Shown here one piece after another: positions 27,755 through 36,860 of a DNA stretch of 64,000 nucleotides (position 1 is the stretch's first letter; each line of letters begins with the position of its first letter). The DNA comes from a virus (taxonomy: Duplodnaviria; Caudoviricetes): IMG/VR virus record IMGVR_UViG_3300028591_000007, positions 71,706 through 135,705 of that record; one strand, written 5' to 3'. A program made the position numbers and the translations under genes. The notes below the pieces were generated by a model, which was given only the letters and a program-made list of their open reading frames with translations, was not told the origin of the DNA and did no database searches.

Positions 27755-28873
27755 CTACAACTTCCTCATTTTTTCTACAAAATCATATACACTTCTTACA
27801 AATTTTGAATCAATTAATATTATATGTGATAACTCAGTAATAAGTTTTTCGTTTAATAAATTTGTAAGTTGCTTCTTTCTAATGTTGTCTTTTGAAGCAT
27901 CAATAACTCTCATAAAAGTATATAACAATACTAAATACTCATTATAAAATATCTTTATTTCAAATTCTTCTTTATAGAAATCAATATTTTCATTATAATA
28001 GTGCTCTCTATCGTACATATTAAACATTCTATCAAAGAAATTAACTCTTGACAAGTGAGCATCTAATATATCTTCCGTCTTGTACAAGTTACTATCTGCT
28101 AAATTACCACCAGGACGATAGAAATATGTTACTGTCGGTGTGAATATTACCTTTCTTGCTTTGTAAAGTAATTCATGAGCAGTAAAATTGTCATCTTTTG
28201 TTCTATAATCAGGAAATCTTACATCATCAAATAAGCTTAATCTAAATATCTTATTCCAAGTAGCACAAAAAGCAACACTTGGTTTAACTATTTTATGTCC
28301 TGGAATCATATATGGGTCACATAATATGTCCAAACTCTCATAATTATTATAAATTTTGAATGGGAAATCACTAATTTCAGCATCTCCATTATAAACTGCC
28401 CTATGAAAATCCCTATTTTTGACCCATTCTATCTCATTTCTTGTAAAATTACCTATAGAAATATCTATATTTGGGTCTTTTTTCATATTATTCCACAAAA
28501 ATTCAAGACAATATATACTCAATTCATCATCTGAGTCAGCAAAAAACACATAATTAGATAATTCAGCCATTCTAATATAGTCCAAAGCCCAATTTCTGCA
28601 GAAAGAATGACCATGATTATGAGTCATTGTGTCTATTGCATCACTTTGAGGACGTTTCACAAGGTGTAAATTATCTATATTACGCTTTGCATTGGTCCAT
28701 TTTTGCTTAATTTTCTCAAAAAGTGCATCAACATCATAACTTGTAGACCAATCATCAATAAAAACAAAAGAAAAGTTATTAAATGTTTGCTCAATTACTG
28801 AATTTATAGCAGATAATAACTTATACTCTTCTGTATTATAACTTTGCATTACTACACAAATATCATTTTCCAT
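27755..28873 (-). CDS. glycosyltransferase, GT-A fold (GT2)
   Basis: VVMQSYN, FIDDWST, RN.AL, FADSDD (DxD), WNKIFR. Confidence 0.9.
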   Translation of the reverse strand: MENDICVVMQSYNTEEYKLLSAINSVIEQTFNNFSFVFIDDWSTSYDVDALFEKIKQKWTNAKRNIDNLHLVKRPQSDAIDTMTHNHGHSFCRNWALDYIRMAELSNYVFFADSDDELSIYCLEFLWNNMKKDPNIDISIGNFTRNEIEWVKNRDFHRAVYNGDAEISDFPFKIYNNYESLDILCDPYMIPGHKIVKPSVAFCATWNKIFRLSLFDDVRFPDYRTKDDNFTAHELLYKARKVIFTPTVTYFYRPGGNLADSNLYKTEDILDAHLSRVNFFDRMFNMYDREHYYNENIDFYKEEFEIKIFYNEYLVLLYTFMRVIDASKDNIRKKQLTNLLNEKLITELSHIILIDSKFVRSVYDFVEKMRKL

Positions 28874-29490
28874 ACATTTTCCTCTTTTTTATACAAGTCA
28901 ATCCCAGAATGGGGTCCTTAGATGATGGTTAAAATACAATCACAAATATTTAAAAGGATTATAAAAGTTAATGGGGTTCTCACATGACAAACATACGGAT
29001 AATCTAAGGACCCAACTCTAGGATCAACTCAAATATCTTTATTTTTCACTACCTAAACCAGTAACCCAACTTATAATATTTAACCAAAACATTATCTTAA
29101 AACAATATTTAATCGTCTTCCACAGCATTTAATAAATCCTCCTTAATATTTTCAACAACTTTTTTAAAATTTTCAGCAATAGATCGTCTTATTCTTGTTT
29201 CTTTAACATCACTAGCAGTCTCGTTATAAGAAGCAATATACTTATCCAAAAGATTTATAACAGTTTCTTTTTTCATAATACAATTTCCTCCTTTATTTTA
29301 CAATAGGACTCTCAAACGTTTTTGAGTATGTGTTTTTGACAACGATTGTGAACTAGTTATTTTTTTATTTTATTTTTTTTTTTGTGTTTTTGGGTTATTT
29401 GAGAGCCCTATTCTAAAATAAAAGAAGCTTGACAAACTCAAATAACGAATCCGCCAAGCCTCTTATATAATGTTATTGAAACAACCGCAA

Positions 29491-29633
29491 TTATCCAATG
29501 ACTACAGGATCCAACAGTCTCACTACGTTACGACGTATTTATCCTATTACTACAGGATCTTGCAGTCTCACTATGTTACGACGCAACGCTCCATCGCCAT
29601 TAGCTAAAAATCAGCCAATGACTACAGGATCCT
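29491..29633 (-). repeat. in-frame repeats of the terminal DPVVIG-stop codons
   Basis: Gene end plus two downstream units 48 bp apart, each reading RRN(I/V)VRL(Q/L)DPVVIG*. Confidence 0.9.
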
Positions 29634-30615
29634 TACCTATCTTGCCGCCCATAACACCACCATCAGCTTTGTCATACCTTAGATACTGTCTATATTCTGC
29701 AGTATACTGAGCTGATACATGAACTGCACCATCAAGAAAGATCTTCATAATCGGTTCAACATCTTTATTAAAACCATATCCACGAGCAAATTCAGGATTA
29801 TGGTCCGGGTCATGAAGCTTAAAGTTAGGACAATCAGTCAATCCCTTTCTCCAAATCCAGCTCCATCCACCTGCAATTTCTGGATGACCACATGCACGCA
29901 TAATATCATTTATATAAACTGTTTCACCAAGTTCATATTTCATCTTAATCTCATCTTCGATATTTTGACACATGAAATCATTAGCCTGAGGACATCCTTC
30001 AGTATACTCGCTACAAGAACTATTATATAACAAATATGAACCATTCCTAAATTCACCAGCATATTCACCAATTACATTTTCATTCGCCTGGTCAATCTTA
30101 GCCTGCTCAAATATCTTTTTCTCTTCATCTTCACCAACTCTCTCTGCAACTCTTGCTCTATACTTATTCAAGAACTGCTCGAGACCGATATATGCAGACA
30201 TTAATGCTTCATTCTTTGCTACTTCAATACAATGTGCTCTGATGATTAATCCATAACCAACTGTTAACAGACCTACTGCAGGCCAGAACTTTCTTACATA
30301 ATCAACACCGATATGACGATAAGCTTTCATTACTTCTTTATGTGTAGACTTCTCATCCATACCAAGTTCTGCACAATTTGCTTTTGTATCGTCAACAAGT
30401 TTCTTATGTTCATCTGCCTTATTTGCAATCTTTAATGTTGCTCTACAAGCTAATACAGTTCCTGCCAAACCAGCAACAACACCTATACCGGTTATAAGAC
30501 CTGTATGAGACTCTACATTATTTTTAAGTTCGTGGAAGTTATGCCAAAAATCCTGGCAAAATTCAGCCATCTTACCCATTTTGTTATTTCTCCTTTTCTT
30601 GTAAATATTCATCAA
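29611..30615 (-). CDS. membrane-associated phage protein (DUF6353-like)
   Basis: TGIGVVAGLAGTVLACRAT TM segment and YRARVAERVGEDEE; paralog of 40441-41325. Confidence 0.7.
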   Translation of the reverse strand: MMNIYKKRRNNKMGKMAEFCQDFWHNFHELKNNVESHTGLITGIGVVAGLAGTVLACRATLKIANKADEHKKLVDDTKANCAELGMDEKSTHKEVMKAYRHIGVDYVRKFWPAVGLLTVGYGLIIRAHCIEVAKNEALMSAYIGLEQFLNKYRARVAERVGEDEEKKIFEQAKIDQANENVIGEYAGEFRNGSYLLYNSSCSEYTEGCPQANDFMCQNIEDEIKMKYELGETVYINDIMRACGHPEIAGGWSWIWRKGLTDCPNFKLHDPDHNPEFARGYGFNKDVEPIMKIFLDGAVHVSAQYTAEYRQYLRYDKADGGVMGGKIGKDPVVIG

Positions 30616-30853
30616 AAGTTATTTGATGGAATCCTTGTCTTGCTTCTTTTATTTTCTTCAGTTCTTCTTTAGTCTTGAAGAACACATTACCGTTATCATC
30701 AAAATTTATAACACCATCTTTACAAAGTTTATCAAATATTGCATAAACCTGCTTTGGCTGCATTTTGTCAACTCGGTCAATCCATTTTCTATCACCATAT
30801 GCTAACTTTAATGCAGACCTTCTTTGTTCAGTTGTTAAATATCTTTTACTCAT
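30584..30853 (-). CDS. hypothetical protein
   Basis: Y..KW..RVDKM...QV.AI motif. Confidence 0.7.
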   Translation of the reverse strand: MSKRYLTTEQRRSALKLAYGDRKWIDRVDKMQPKQVYAIFDKLCKDGVINFDDNGNVFFKTKEELKKIKEARQGFHQITFDEYLQEKEK

Positions 30854-31110
30854 TTATCACTTCTCCTAATAAAACTTGCATCTACTACAGACAATACTTT
30901 ATGTTTATTATTCATCGCATCTAAAGAGATACCAGTCTTAATCCTAAAACTTGTTTCATTAGATATCATGTTTATTACTCTATTATACCATATACGAAGT
31001 TCATTATCAGACATTTCTAAAATATCATTTATGTCATAATTCATCAACTTACAATATCTTATTATGTTTCTGAACTCCAAATAAGGTTTCTTTTTCTTAA
31101 ACAAATCCAA
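30850..31110 (-). CDS. ExxxRIxTG-motif small protein 1
   Basis: ETSFRIKTG. Confidence 0.65.
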   Translation of the reverse strand: MDLFKKKKPYLEFRNIIRYCKLMNYDINDILEMSDNELRIWYNRVINMISNETSFRIKTGISLDAMNNKHKVLSVVDASFIRRSDK

Positions 31111-31374
31111 TTATAACGGCACCTCCTTATTCAAAGTTTCCCAACCAATTCCTCTGACACACCAAGTTAAAACTCTTACTGGTGTAACTATACCTGTTGC
31201 TATTCTTGTACGAATCTCCTCACTGATTCTTTGTTTCCAGCACCAAATGTAATCGTTATAATCACCATTGTAACTTGTTAAAATATCTATAATGTTTTCG
31301 CCATTCAAAGTTGTTAACAATGTTAAATCTTTTAATTCATCATTTGATTCATTATTCATATTTTCACCCCACAT
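31111..31374 (-). CDS. ExxxRIxTG-motif small protein 2
   Basis: EIRTRIATG. Confidence 0.65.
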   Translation of the reverse strand: MWGENMNNESNDELKDLTLLTTLNGENIIDILTSYNGDYNDYIWCWKQRISEEIRTRIATGIVTPVRVLTWCVRGIGWETLNKEVPL

Positions 31375-31591
31375 TTGCTTCGGCCATTAATACTTGAAAG
31401 AATATATCTGTATTAATCTTTGTTGTAGGCACACCGGTTTTTATTCTCTTGTTTAATTCCTCGCGAACGAACTCAACAAAAGCTTCATAATAATCATATA
31501 CTATTACCTTTGGAATGCCATAAATGTCTGCCATAAACAATGCTTCTTGAAACAAACTATCAATATATTCTTTATCGTCATTCTTTTCCAT
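31364..31591 (-). CDS. ExxxRIxTG-motif small protein 3
   Basis: ELNKRIKTG. Confidence 0.65.
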   Translation of the reverse strand: MEKNDDKEYIDSLFQEALFMADIYGIPKVIVYDYYEAFVEFVREELNKRIKTGVPTTKINTDIFFQVLMAEANVG

Positions 31592-31613
31592 ATTTTTATC
31601 TCCATTAACTCTA

Positions 31614-31838
31614 TTAACTCCAAATATCTTTCAATTCAATTTTGTTAACAGTTCCAGTTCTTATTCTATTTTTCAGCTCTTTCTTAATACAATTTAAATA
31701 ATCAACATACCAATAAGGAAAATTTCTTAAACTACCCTCACAATAGCTTAATATCTCTTCCGGACTAGCATTGTGTTTCCTACAAAATTGTAAAAATCTT
31801 TTTCTAATCACAGTATACTTATAAGTATATTCTTTCAT
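31614..31838 (-). CDS. ExxxRIxTG-motif small protein 4
   Basis: ELKNRIRTG. Confidence 0.65.
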   Translation of the reverse strand: MKEYTYKYTVIRKRFLQFCRKHNASPEEILSYCEGSLRNFPYWYVDYLNCIKKELKNRIRTGTVNKIELKDIWS

Positions 31839-31839
31839 A

Positions 31840-32550
31840 TTATACCTTTCCTAAGGGACTTGGCTGAGGCAATTTTAATATAAATGTACCATCTCCAACA
31901 GGTATTACCCTATGCCAATCAAAACCGTACCATCCCCAATTCTGAAGAACCATTTCATAATTAGGAATACCACTTAAATTCATTAAATGAGCTACAGTTG
32001 CTACATTATACAAACTAATACGTTCACACATCTTAACATAAACATTTTCAGCATCCTGCCAACTTGCATATCTTATATAATCTGGGTCATATACGTCCGC
32101 GCTTGTATACTTTCCAAAATTAGCATCATTACCTACAGATACTTTAGGTCCATTATTTGTTACGACCTGGCCATTCTGAATACGAGTTATGTTACTATAA
32201 TATGAAGTATTAGCCATTGCTCCACCAGACCAAAGTGGCTTAAATAATCCTCCAGGTCCATTAGAGTAACCATTTTTACCAAACAACCACATATAAACTC
32301 CACTTGTGATTGCGTTTGCAAGACCAGTTTTGAGAGACGGAACAATAACATCTTTAACAATATTTGTCTTAACAGTCTTTAAATCCTCGACAAAGAAACC
32401 ACGAAAGAGTTTCTTTAATCCAGAAGTCTTTTTAACTGTTACCGAAGACTGTACTACAGAATTTAATTGTTCTGTCTGAGATGCTTGTAACTGTCCAGGT
32501 GTTGCTGTCTTGCCAATACCTACTACATCTCCTTGCACTTTTTCTACCAA
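31840..32550 (-). CDS. hypothetical protein
   Basis: TTG start after AAAGGAG; C-terminal WGW and LKLPQP. Confidence 0.75.
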   Translation of the reverse strand: MVEKVQGDVVGIGKTATPGQLQASQTEQLNSVVQSSVTVKKTSGLKKLFRGFFVEDLKTVKTNIVKDVIVPSLKTGLANAITSGVYMWLFGKNGYSNGPGGLFKPLWSGGAMANTSYYSNITRIQNGQVVTNNGPKVSVGNDANFGKYTSADVYDPDYIRYASWQDAENVYVKMCERISLYNVATVAHLMNLSGIPNYEMVLQNWGWYGFDWHRVIPVGDGTFILKLPQPSPLGKV

Positions 32551-32583
32551 TGATTTGCTCTCCTTTCTTTAAATACTTTAAAT

Positions 32584-32620
32584 GAAAAATTGAGAGAACC
32601 ATATTTCTATGATTCCCTCT
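32584..32620 (-). terminator. intrinsic terminator
   Basis: GAGGGAATCATA-GAAA-TATGGTTCTCTC hairpin plus a T-rich tail. Confidence 0.7.
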
Positions 32621-32641
32621 TGGTGTTACCTGATTAAAAAA

Positions 32642-32968
32642 TTACTTCTCAGGAGTTGCCTCTGCAGGCTTTGTTTCCTGAGACTCTGCTGCCGGCGCCT
32701 GTGTTTCAGCTGTTGCAGGTGCTGCTGTTGTTGTCTTTGCATTCAGAGTATCCTCGAGCTGCTTTCTCTTCTTGTGTTCTCTGATCAAAAGCCAAATTAC
32801 TATCGGTAACCCAATTCCTGATATTCCTATCAGTCCAAGGATTACGTAGAAAATGACCTTATGACCAGTGTCCACAGAATCATCTGCAACTACCGGACAT
32901 GTGTCCTGCTCAACAACGTTGCTAACCTGTTCTGCTACGGGTGTCATTACATTGTTCTCATTCTCCAT
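32642..32968 (-). CDS. single-pass membrane protein in a promoter-terminator cassette
   Basis: TM segment VIFYVILGLIGISGIGLPIVIWLLI; GGAGG RBS. Confidence 0.75.
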   Translation of the reverse strand: MENENNVMTPVAEQVSNVVEQDTCPVVADDSVDTGHKVIFYVILGLIGISGIGLPIVIWLLIREHKKRKQLEDTLNAKTTTAAPATAETQAPAAESQETKPAEATPEK

Positions 32969-33018
32969 TTTTATTTCCTCCGTTTTTTAAAATAATTTTA
33001 TATCAAGGTTTCTACCTC

Positions 33019-33042
33019 AATATACATGCATAAAATTTCGCG
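33019..33042 (-). promoter_or_regulatory. phage promoter CGCG-N14-TATATT
   Basis: Motif family member. Confidence 0.75.
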
Positions 33043-33060
33043 TCCGAAAGTGGCGAAAAC

Positions 33061-33095
33061 AAAAGAATAAGAGGACCATACTTCAGTCCTCCCTT
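33061..33095 (-). terminator. intrinsic terminator (GGACTGA-N4-TGGTCC family)
   Basis: Hairpin plus T-rich tail; near-identical copies at about 35793-35821 and 36812-36842. Confidence 0.7.
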
Positions 33096-33131
33096 CTTAT
33101 TCATACCACCTGGCCATGTGGGTCTAAATCA

Positions 33132-33209
33132 TCATTTCTTATCCTTTATCTCATCAATAATCATCTTTAACCCAACACAGACCAATAATACTCCTAAAAA
33201 CAAGTGCAT
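33132..33209 (-). CDS. 25-aa hydrophobic peptide (not in ORF track)
   Basis: AAGGAGG RBS; MHLFLGVLLVCVGLKMIIDEIKDKK; has its own promoter and terminator. Confidence 0.65.
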   Translation of the reverse strand: MHLFLGVLLVCVGLKMIIDEIKDKK

Positions 33210-33290
33210 ACCTTTGTCCTCCTTATTCTTTGATATCTATGTCAATTTCTATATGAAGCTCACTTCTTTATTTCGTTCCGTGAGCGTCTC

Positions 33291-33314
33291 ATTATATTGC
33301 CATAAAAAATCGCG
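33291..33314 (-). promoter_or_regulatory. phage promoter CGCG-N14-TATAAT
   Basis: Motif family member. Confidence 0.75.
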
Positions 33315-33463
33315 AATTTCAGACTTACATAGTAAGTATGTTAAATGCTGGTTGTTTACTTGTAAACCGAGCGAATTCTGTACTAAATTAGTACAGCGAT
33401 TGCGTCAGTTTTGTTTATGAAAGTGGCGTCTACTTGTAATATTAGAGGACTAAAATATCATTT

Positions 33464-33676
33464 TTAGGTATTATTTTCCATTACACCTACTACATAATCG
33501 GGATCAAATGATGCAATTAAATATTCATTAGGTACATCATCTTCGTCATCATTTATCTTTTTCTTACTAAACTGCAAAACATTATCACTAGTATAAGTCC
33601 AATCCATTGCCTTTACATCAATATGAGGTACTGCAGATCCACTTGTAAATATTACTCTAAAAGATTTGTATTCCAT
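33464..33676 (-). CDS. hypothetical protein
   Basis: AAGGAG RBS. Confidence 0.65.
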   Translation of the reverse strand: MEYKSFRVIFTSGSAVPHIDVKAMDWTYTSDNVLQFSKKKINDDEDDVPNEYLIASFDPDYVVGVMENNT

Positions 33677-33690
33677 TTAATTTAATCTCC

Positions 33691-33939
33691 TTATTCACTC
33701 ATTTTCTTTTTAAGATCATATACTTCTTTATAATTCTTACCAGTAAACCGCATAATATGTTCATCAACAGAATCAAATGCCGCAATCTCGGTTAACTCTT
33801 CATCTGCAGCATAAAAATACTTTATATGGTCATCATCATCAAGATCAAAACCAGTTACAACCCATTTTCTGTTATCGTGAATAAACTCATCACCAAGATT
33901 AATTCCATTACCATTAAAATCATAAGCCTTAATTATCAT
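33691..33939 (-). CDS. small KOW/SH3-like protein
   Basis: INLGDEF ... FTGKNY. Confidence 0.6.
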   Translation of the reverse strand: MIIKAYDFNGNGINLGDEFIHDNRKWVVTGFDLDDDDHIKYFYAADEELTEIAAFDSVDEHIMRFTGKNYKEVYDLKKKMSE

Positions 33940-33952
33940 TTAGTTACCTCCT

Positions 33953-34162
33953 TCAATTGTCATTCTGCATTTTATTAATAAATAATCTAACTTCTTCACC
34001 ACATCCCTTACAAACATGAATATCTTTAACATGTTCGGATATAGGCATTTCAATTTCCCAGTTATTACTATAAGCCATTGTTATATGCATACAAGATTTC
34101 TCTTCTTTTGGATTTTTTATTTCTTTCTTGCATATATCACAAAAATACTTAACCTGTTTCAT
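33953..34162 (-). CDS. small zinc-ribbon protein
   Basis: YFCDIC ... HVCKGC. Confidence 0.65.
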   Translation of the reverse strand: MKQVKYFCDICKKEIKNPKEEKSCMHITMAYSNNWEIEMPISEHVKDIHVCKGCGEEVRLFINKMQNDN

Positions 34163-34348
34163 TAATATCCCTCCAACATTTTATGACAATCAGGTTTTAA
34201 ACCATGTATTATTTTAATCTTTGGATAAATATCTTGATGCTCAATCATAAAATCTTGTGCTGCTTGTTCATTTCTAGCACCAACATATTCAACAAGACGA
34301 TTATTTTTGTCGTAACATTCAATTGTACATTTCATAGTAATACCTCAT

Positions 34349-34555
34349 TTAAATCTCAGTTACATTTACAAGTTTACTATAACCAGCTATCTTACTTTTT
34401 AAAAACTGTGCTTCTAATGTTTCTTTTGTATCAGCACCGACAGGACCTGTAAAGCGAGTACTATAAAAGTTAATATAGTTATCGCTATCTTTTATTTTAT
34501 CTGCATTAATTATAGTATGCTTTCCGTTATCAAAAAATATTGCAAACTTTTCCAT
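34349..34555 (-). CDS. hypothetical protein
   Basis: AAGGAG RBS. Confidence 0.6.
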   Translation of the reverse strand: MEKFAIFFDNGKHTIINADKIKDSDNYINFYSTRFTGPVGADTKETLEAQFLKSKIAGYSKLVNVTEI

Positions 34556-34623
34556 ATTTATTCTCCTTAAAAAATAAGGAGGAACATAAATCGTTCCCCC
34601 AAAATGATCTTTTGTGTCAAGTA

Positions 34624-34950
34624 TTACTCTTCCTGATACTCCGGCTTGAGTACATACTTATAGTCTATGTATGTATGCTCCTCTACCGGGATTTTATCAT
34701 ACTTGTCCATTATTGTAGGGTCGGGGAGTTTCTCAACCTCTACTACTGTCTTCTTACTAAATGCCTTAGCTCCAATCCATGTAGAGATCACTGCTCCTCC
34801 GATTACTCCTGCAATCGATGCAACTTTATGATCTCTTGCCCAGTCAAGAGTCTTCTCATACCAAGACTTGTCCTCAACTGTTGTTTCCTGAGTATCGTTT
34901 ACCTCTTCATCGTATAACACTTCATCCTGAATCGTTTCGTTCTCATTCAT
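34624..34950 (-). CDS. single-pass membrane protein in a promoter-terminator cassette
   Basis: TM segment VASIAGVIGGAVISTWIGA. Confidence 0.75.
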   Translation of the reverse strand: MNENETIQDEVLYDEEVNDTQETTVEDKSWYEKTLDWARDHKVASIAGVIGGAVISTWIGAKAFSKKTVVEVEKLPDPTIMDKYDKIPVEEHTYIDYKYVLKPEYQEE

Positions 34951-34988
34951 TTTATTTTCCTCCTTAATATTATTAAGTCTTTCGACCT

Positions 34989-35012
34989 ATAATATACATA
35001 TTAATTTTCGCG
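34989..35012 (-). promoter_or_regulatory. phage promoter CGCG-N14-TATTAT
   Basis: Motif family member; overlaps the upstream gene end. Confidence 0.75.
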
Positions 35013-35393
35013 GTGTCGCTTAACAAACTTCTTATAAGGTTTAGAATCCTGGATAAAGAAGATAGTATCGATATATTTCTTAAAGTTATCTAATACCATT
35101 AGTCCAAGAGTTCTACCATATCCTTCATTCTGTGAAATCATCTCGAATACGTTATCCGGAAGCTTTAACTCCTCATCATATACCACTCCATAAGAAGTAA
35201 TGTTAATATGCAGCGTATTAATGTCCGTTTCATTAGTCTTCTCCTCCATCTTGACATAGATATGAGCCCGGATCTTGTTCTTAAGAACGTTAAACACGAT
35301 GGACTCAATCTTCTTCTCGATAGTAGATACATCAGTCATTACAGTTTTGTTGTTTTCATTGGTTACTTCATTCATTGTTTTGTTCTCCTTCAT
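35001..35393 (-). CDS. hypothetical protein
   Basis: Likely start MNEV after AAGGAG. Confidence 0.65.
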   Translation of the reverse strand: MKENKTMNEVTNENNKTVMTDVSTIEKKIESIVFNVLKNKIRAHIYVKMEEKTNETDINTLHINITSYGVVYDEELKLPDNVFEMISQNEGYGRTLGLMVLDNFKKYIDTIFFIQDSKPYKKFVKRHREN

Positions 35394-35649
35394 CAGTTAA
35401 GTCTTGTAAATCTTTATAATAGTCCTGTCCTTCAGTATATATGTACAGGAATCTATCCAGTTTGTCGCAGCAATCCACACACAAATTTATTTCTCTTGGT
35501 TGCGAATTAAAATCATTATACCGTTGTATAATGTACTGTGGAAATGAAAATGATGAAATATCTTTTGAGTTATATGTCATTTTCTTAAATGTTTTTCCGC
35601 ATCTCGTACAAGGTATTTCATCATTCGTGTTTGCTTTTACTTTCGGCAT
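35368..35649 (-). CDS. small zinc-ribbon protein
   Basis: CTRC ... NLCVDC. Confidence 0.65.
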   Translation of the reverse strand: MPKVKANTNDEIPCTRCGKTFKKMTYNSKDISSFSFPQYIIQRYNDFNSQPREINLCVDCCDKLDRFLYIYTEGQDYYKDLQDLTDEGEQNNE

Positions 35650-35809
35650 TACGACCCTTCTTTCTTATAACACTATACACTAATCTTTTAGGTATTTCAA
35701 GTTCATATGCTATATCGTCCGGCTCCATACCTTTTTTGATTAATTGTTGTATGTCATTATATGTTTTGTCATCCATAGACTGTACCTCATAAAAGAAATA
35801 GAGGACCAT
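35621..35809 (-). CDS. small HTH protein
   Basis: GMEPDDIAYELEIPKRLVY. Confidence 0.6.
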   Translation of the reverse strand: MVLYFFYEVQSMDDKTYNDIQQLIKKGMEPDDIAYELEIPKRLVYSVIRKKGRNAESKSKHE

Positions 35810-35839
35810 AATTCAGTCCCCTAAATCTTAGCTTAACAT

Positions 35840-36121
35840 TTATTTTGTTTCAGTTGGAGTTTCCTCCGTTGTTTGTGTTGCAACCTGAGCCTGAGCCTGA
35901 GCTGCTTTGTCGGCGTCATAAGCATCCTTTTCTTTCAATATCTTCCAAGTGCCTACTGCAGCACCTGAAATTCCTGTCAAGATTGCACCTACCAGACCGA
36001 CAATCTTCAGTCCAGACTCTGTCTTATCAAACTTTCCAAACATATTACAGTTCCTCCTTATATTCTTTAATATTTGTCTTGCTATAATGCAATTAAATAA
36101 GTTCGCGAAGTCACGAATCAC
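35840..36121 (-). CDS. single-pass membrane protein in a promoter-terminator cassette
   Basis: Real start likely MFGKF after AAGGAGG; GxxxG TM segment. Confidence 0.7.
   Translation of the reverse strand: MIRDFANLFNCIIARQILKNIRRNCNMFGKFDKTESGLKIVGLVGAILTGISGAAVGTWKILKEKDAYDADKAAQAQAQVATQTTEETPTETK
36084..36107 (-). promoter_or_regulatory. phage promoter CGCG-N14-CATTAT
   Basis: Motif family member. Confidence 0.65.
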
Positions 36122-36374
36122 TTTGTATAGTATTTAACAAACTATCAAGAATATCTTTATCTGTTTTGTTTGAATCCATATAGTCTTCTTTACATAATGT
36201 AATTGTTTTTAGTTGTGAAGGTATTCCGCCACTCAAAAGTTTATTTGTAGATAACTCAATCTCATCATAATCATAACTCATCATATAAACAATATCTTTA
36301 TGTTCTTTATTTAAGTTTATACAAGAAGTTAAACATTTTTCAACAAAGTTATCCCATTTATTATCGTCAGGCAT
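36111..36374 (-). CDS. hypothetical protein
   Basis: Tiles the array. Confidence 0.6.
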   Translation of the reverse strand: MPDDNKWDNFVEKCLTSCINLNKEHKDIVYMMSYDYDEIELSTNKLLSGGIPSQLKTITLCKEDYMDSNKTDKDILDSLLNTIQSDS

Positions 36375-36765
36375 TTGTATTCTCTCCTAATATTTCTTCT
36401 TTTATATCGAAATGTCTTGTATCCTCTGCATTCCACCATTCAGGAGCAGTATCTGATGTAGTGAATATTAAGTATTTCTTTTCTCCAGTCATATTATTTG
36501 TAAACTCAGTAGCATAATCGCCATTAGATGCATATTCAAGCTGTTTCTCACCAAGTTCTTCCATTGCGTTATATGCATGCATGTTTACAAGTAGTTCATA
36601 TTCAGGACTTTCAAAAGCCTTCTTCTTGCCAATCTCATAACATATTTTACCACTAGCTGCAGCGATACCAGCACCAGCTCCTACACAAATTCCTGCAATC
36701 TTTAATATCTTTTTAAACTTTGCCTTCCTTATAACTTTCTTATCTTCTTTAGTTAATTCTGCCAT
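36367..36765 (-). CDS. membrane-anchored protein, probable paralog of 48279-48644
   Basis: Gly/Ala TM segment plus Y.(I/L)GK and PEW motifs. Confidence 0.65.
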   Translation of the reverse strand: MAELTKEDKKVIRKAKFKKILKIAGICVGAGAGIAAASGKICYEIGKKKAFESPEYELLVNMHAYNAMEELGEKQLEYASNGDYATEFTNNMTGEKKYLIFTTSDTAPEWWNAEDTRHFDIKEEILGENTNA

Positions 36766-36860
36766 TATTATTCTCCTTTTTTATTTTATACTTTATTACA
36801 TTTTTCAATCTGAAAAGAACAAGGGACCATATTTCAGTCCCTTTGGATATATTTCAATCC

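Noticed and set aside
29491-29633. Diversity-generating retroelement (many differences fall at adenines of the middle copy)
   Set aside because: The shared stretch with the gene is only about 21 nt, the changes are synonymous, and no reverse transcriptase is visible in the window.
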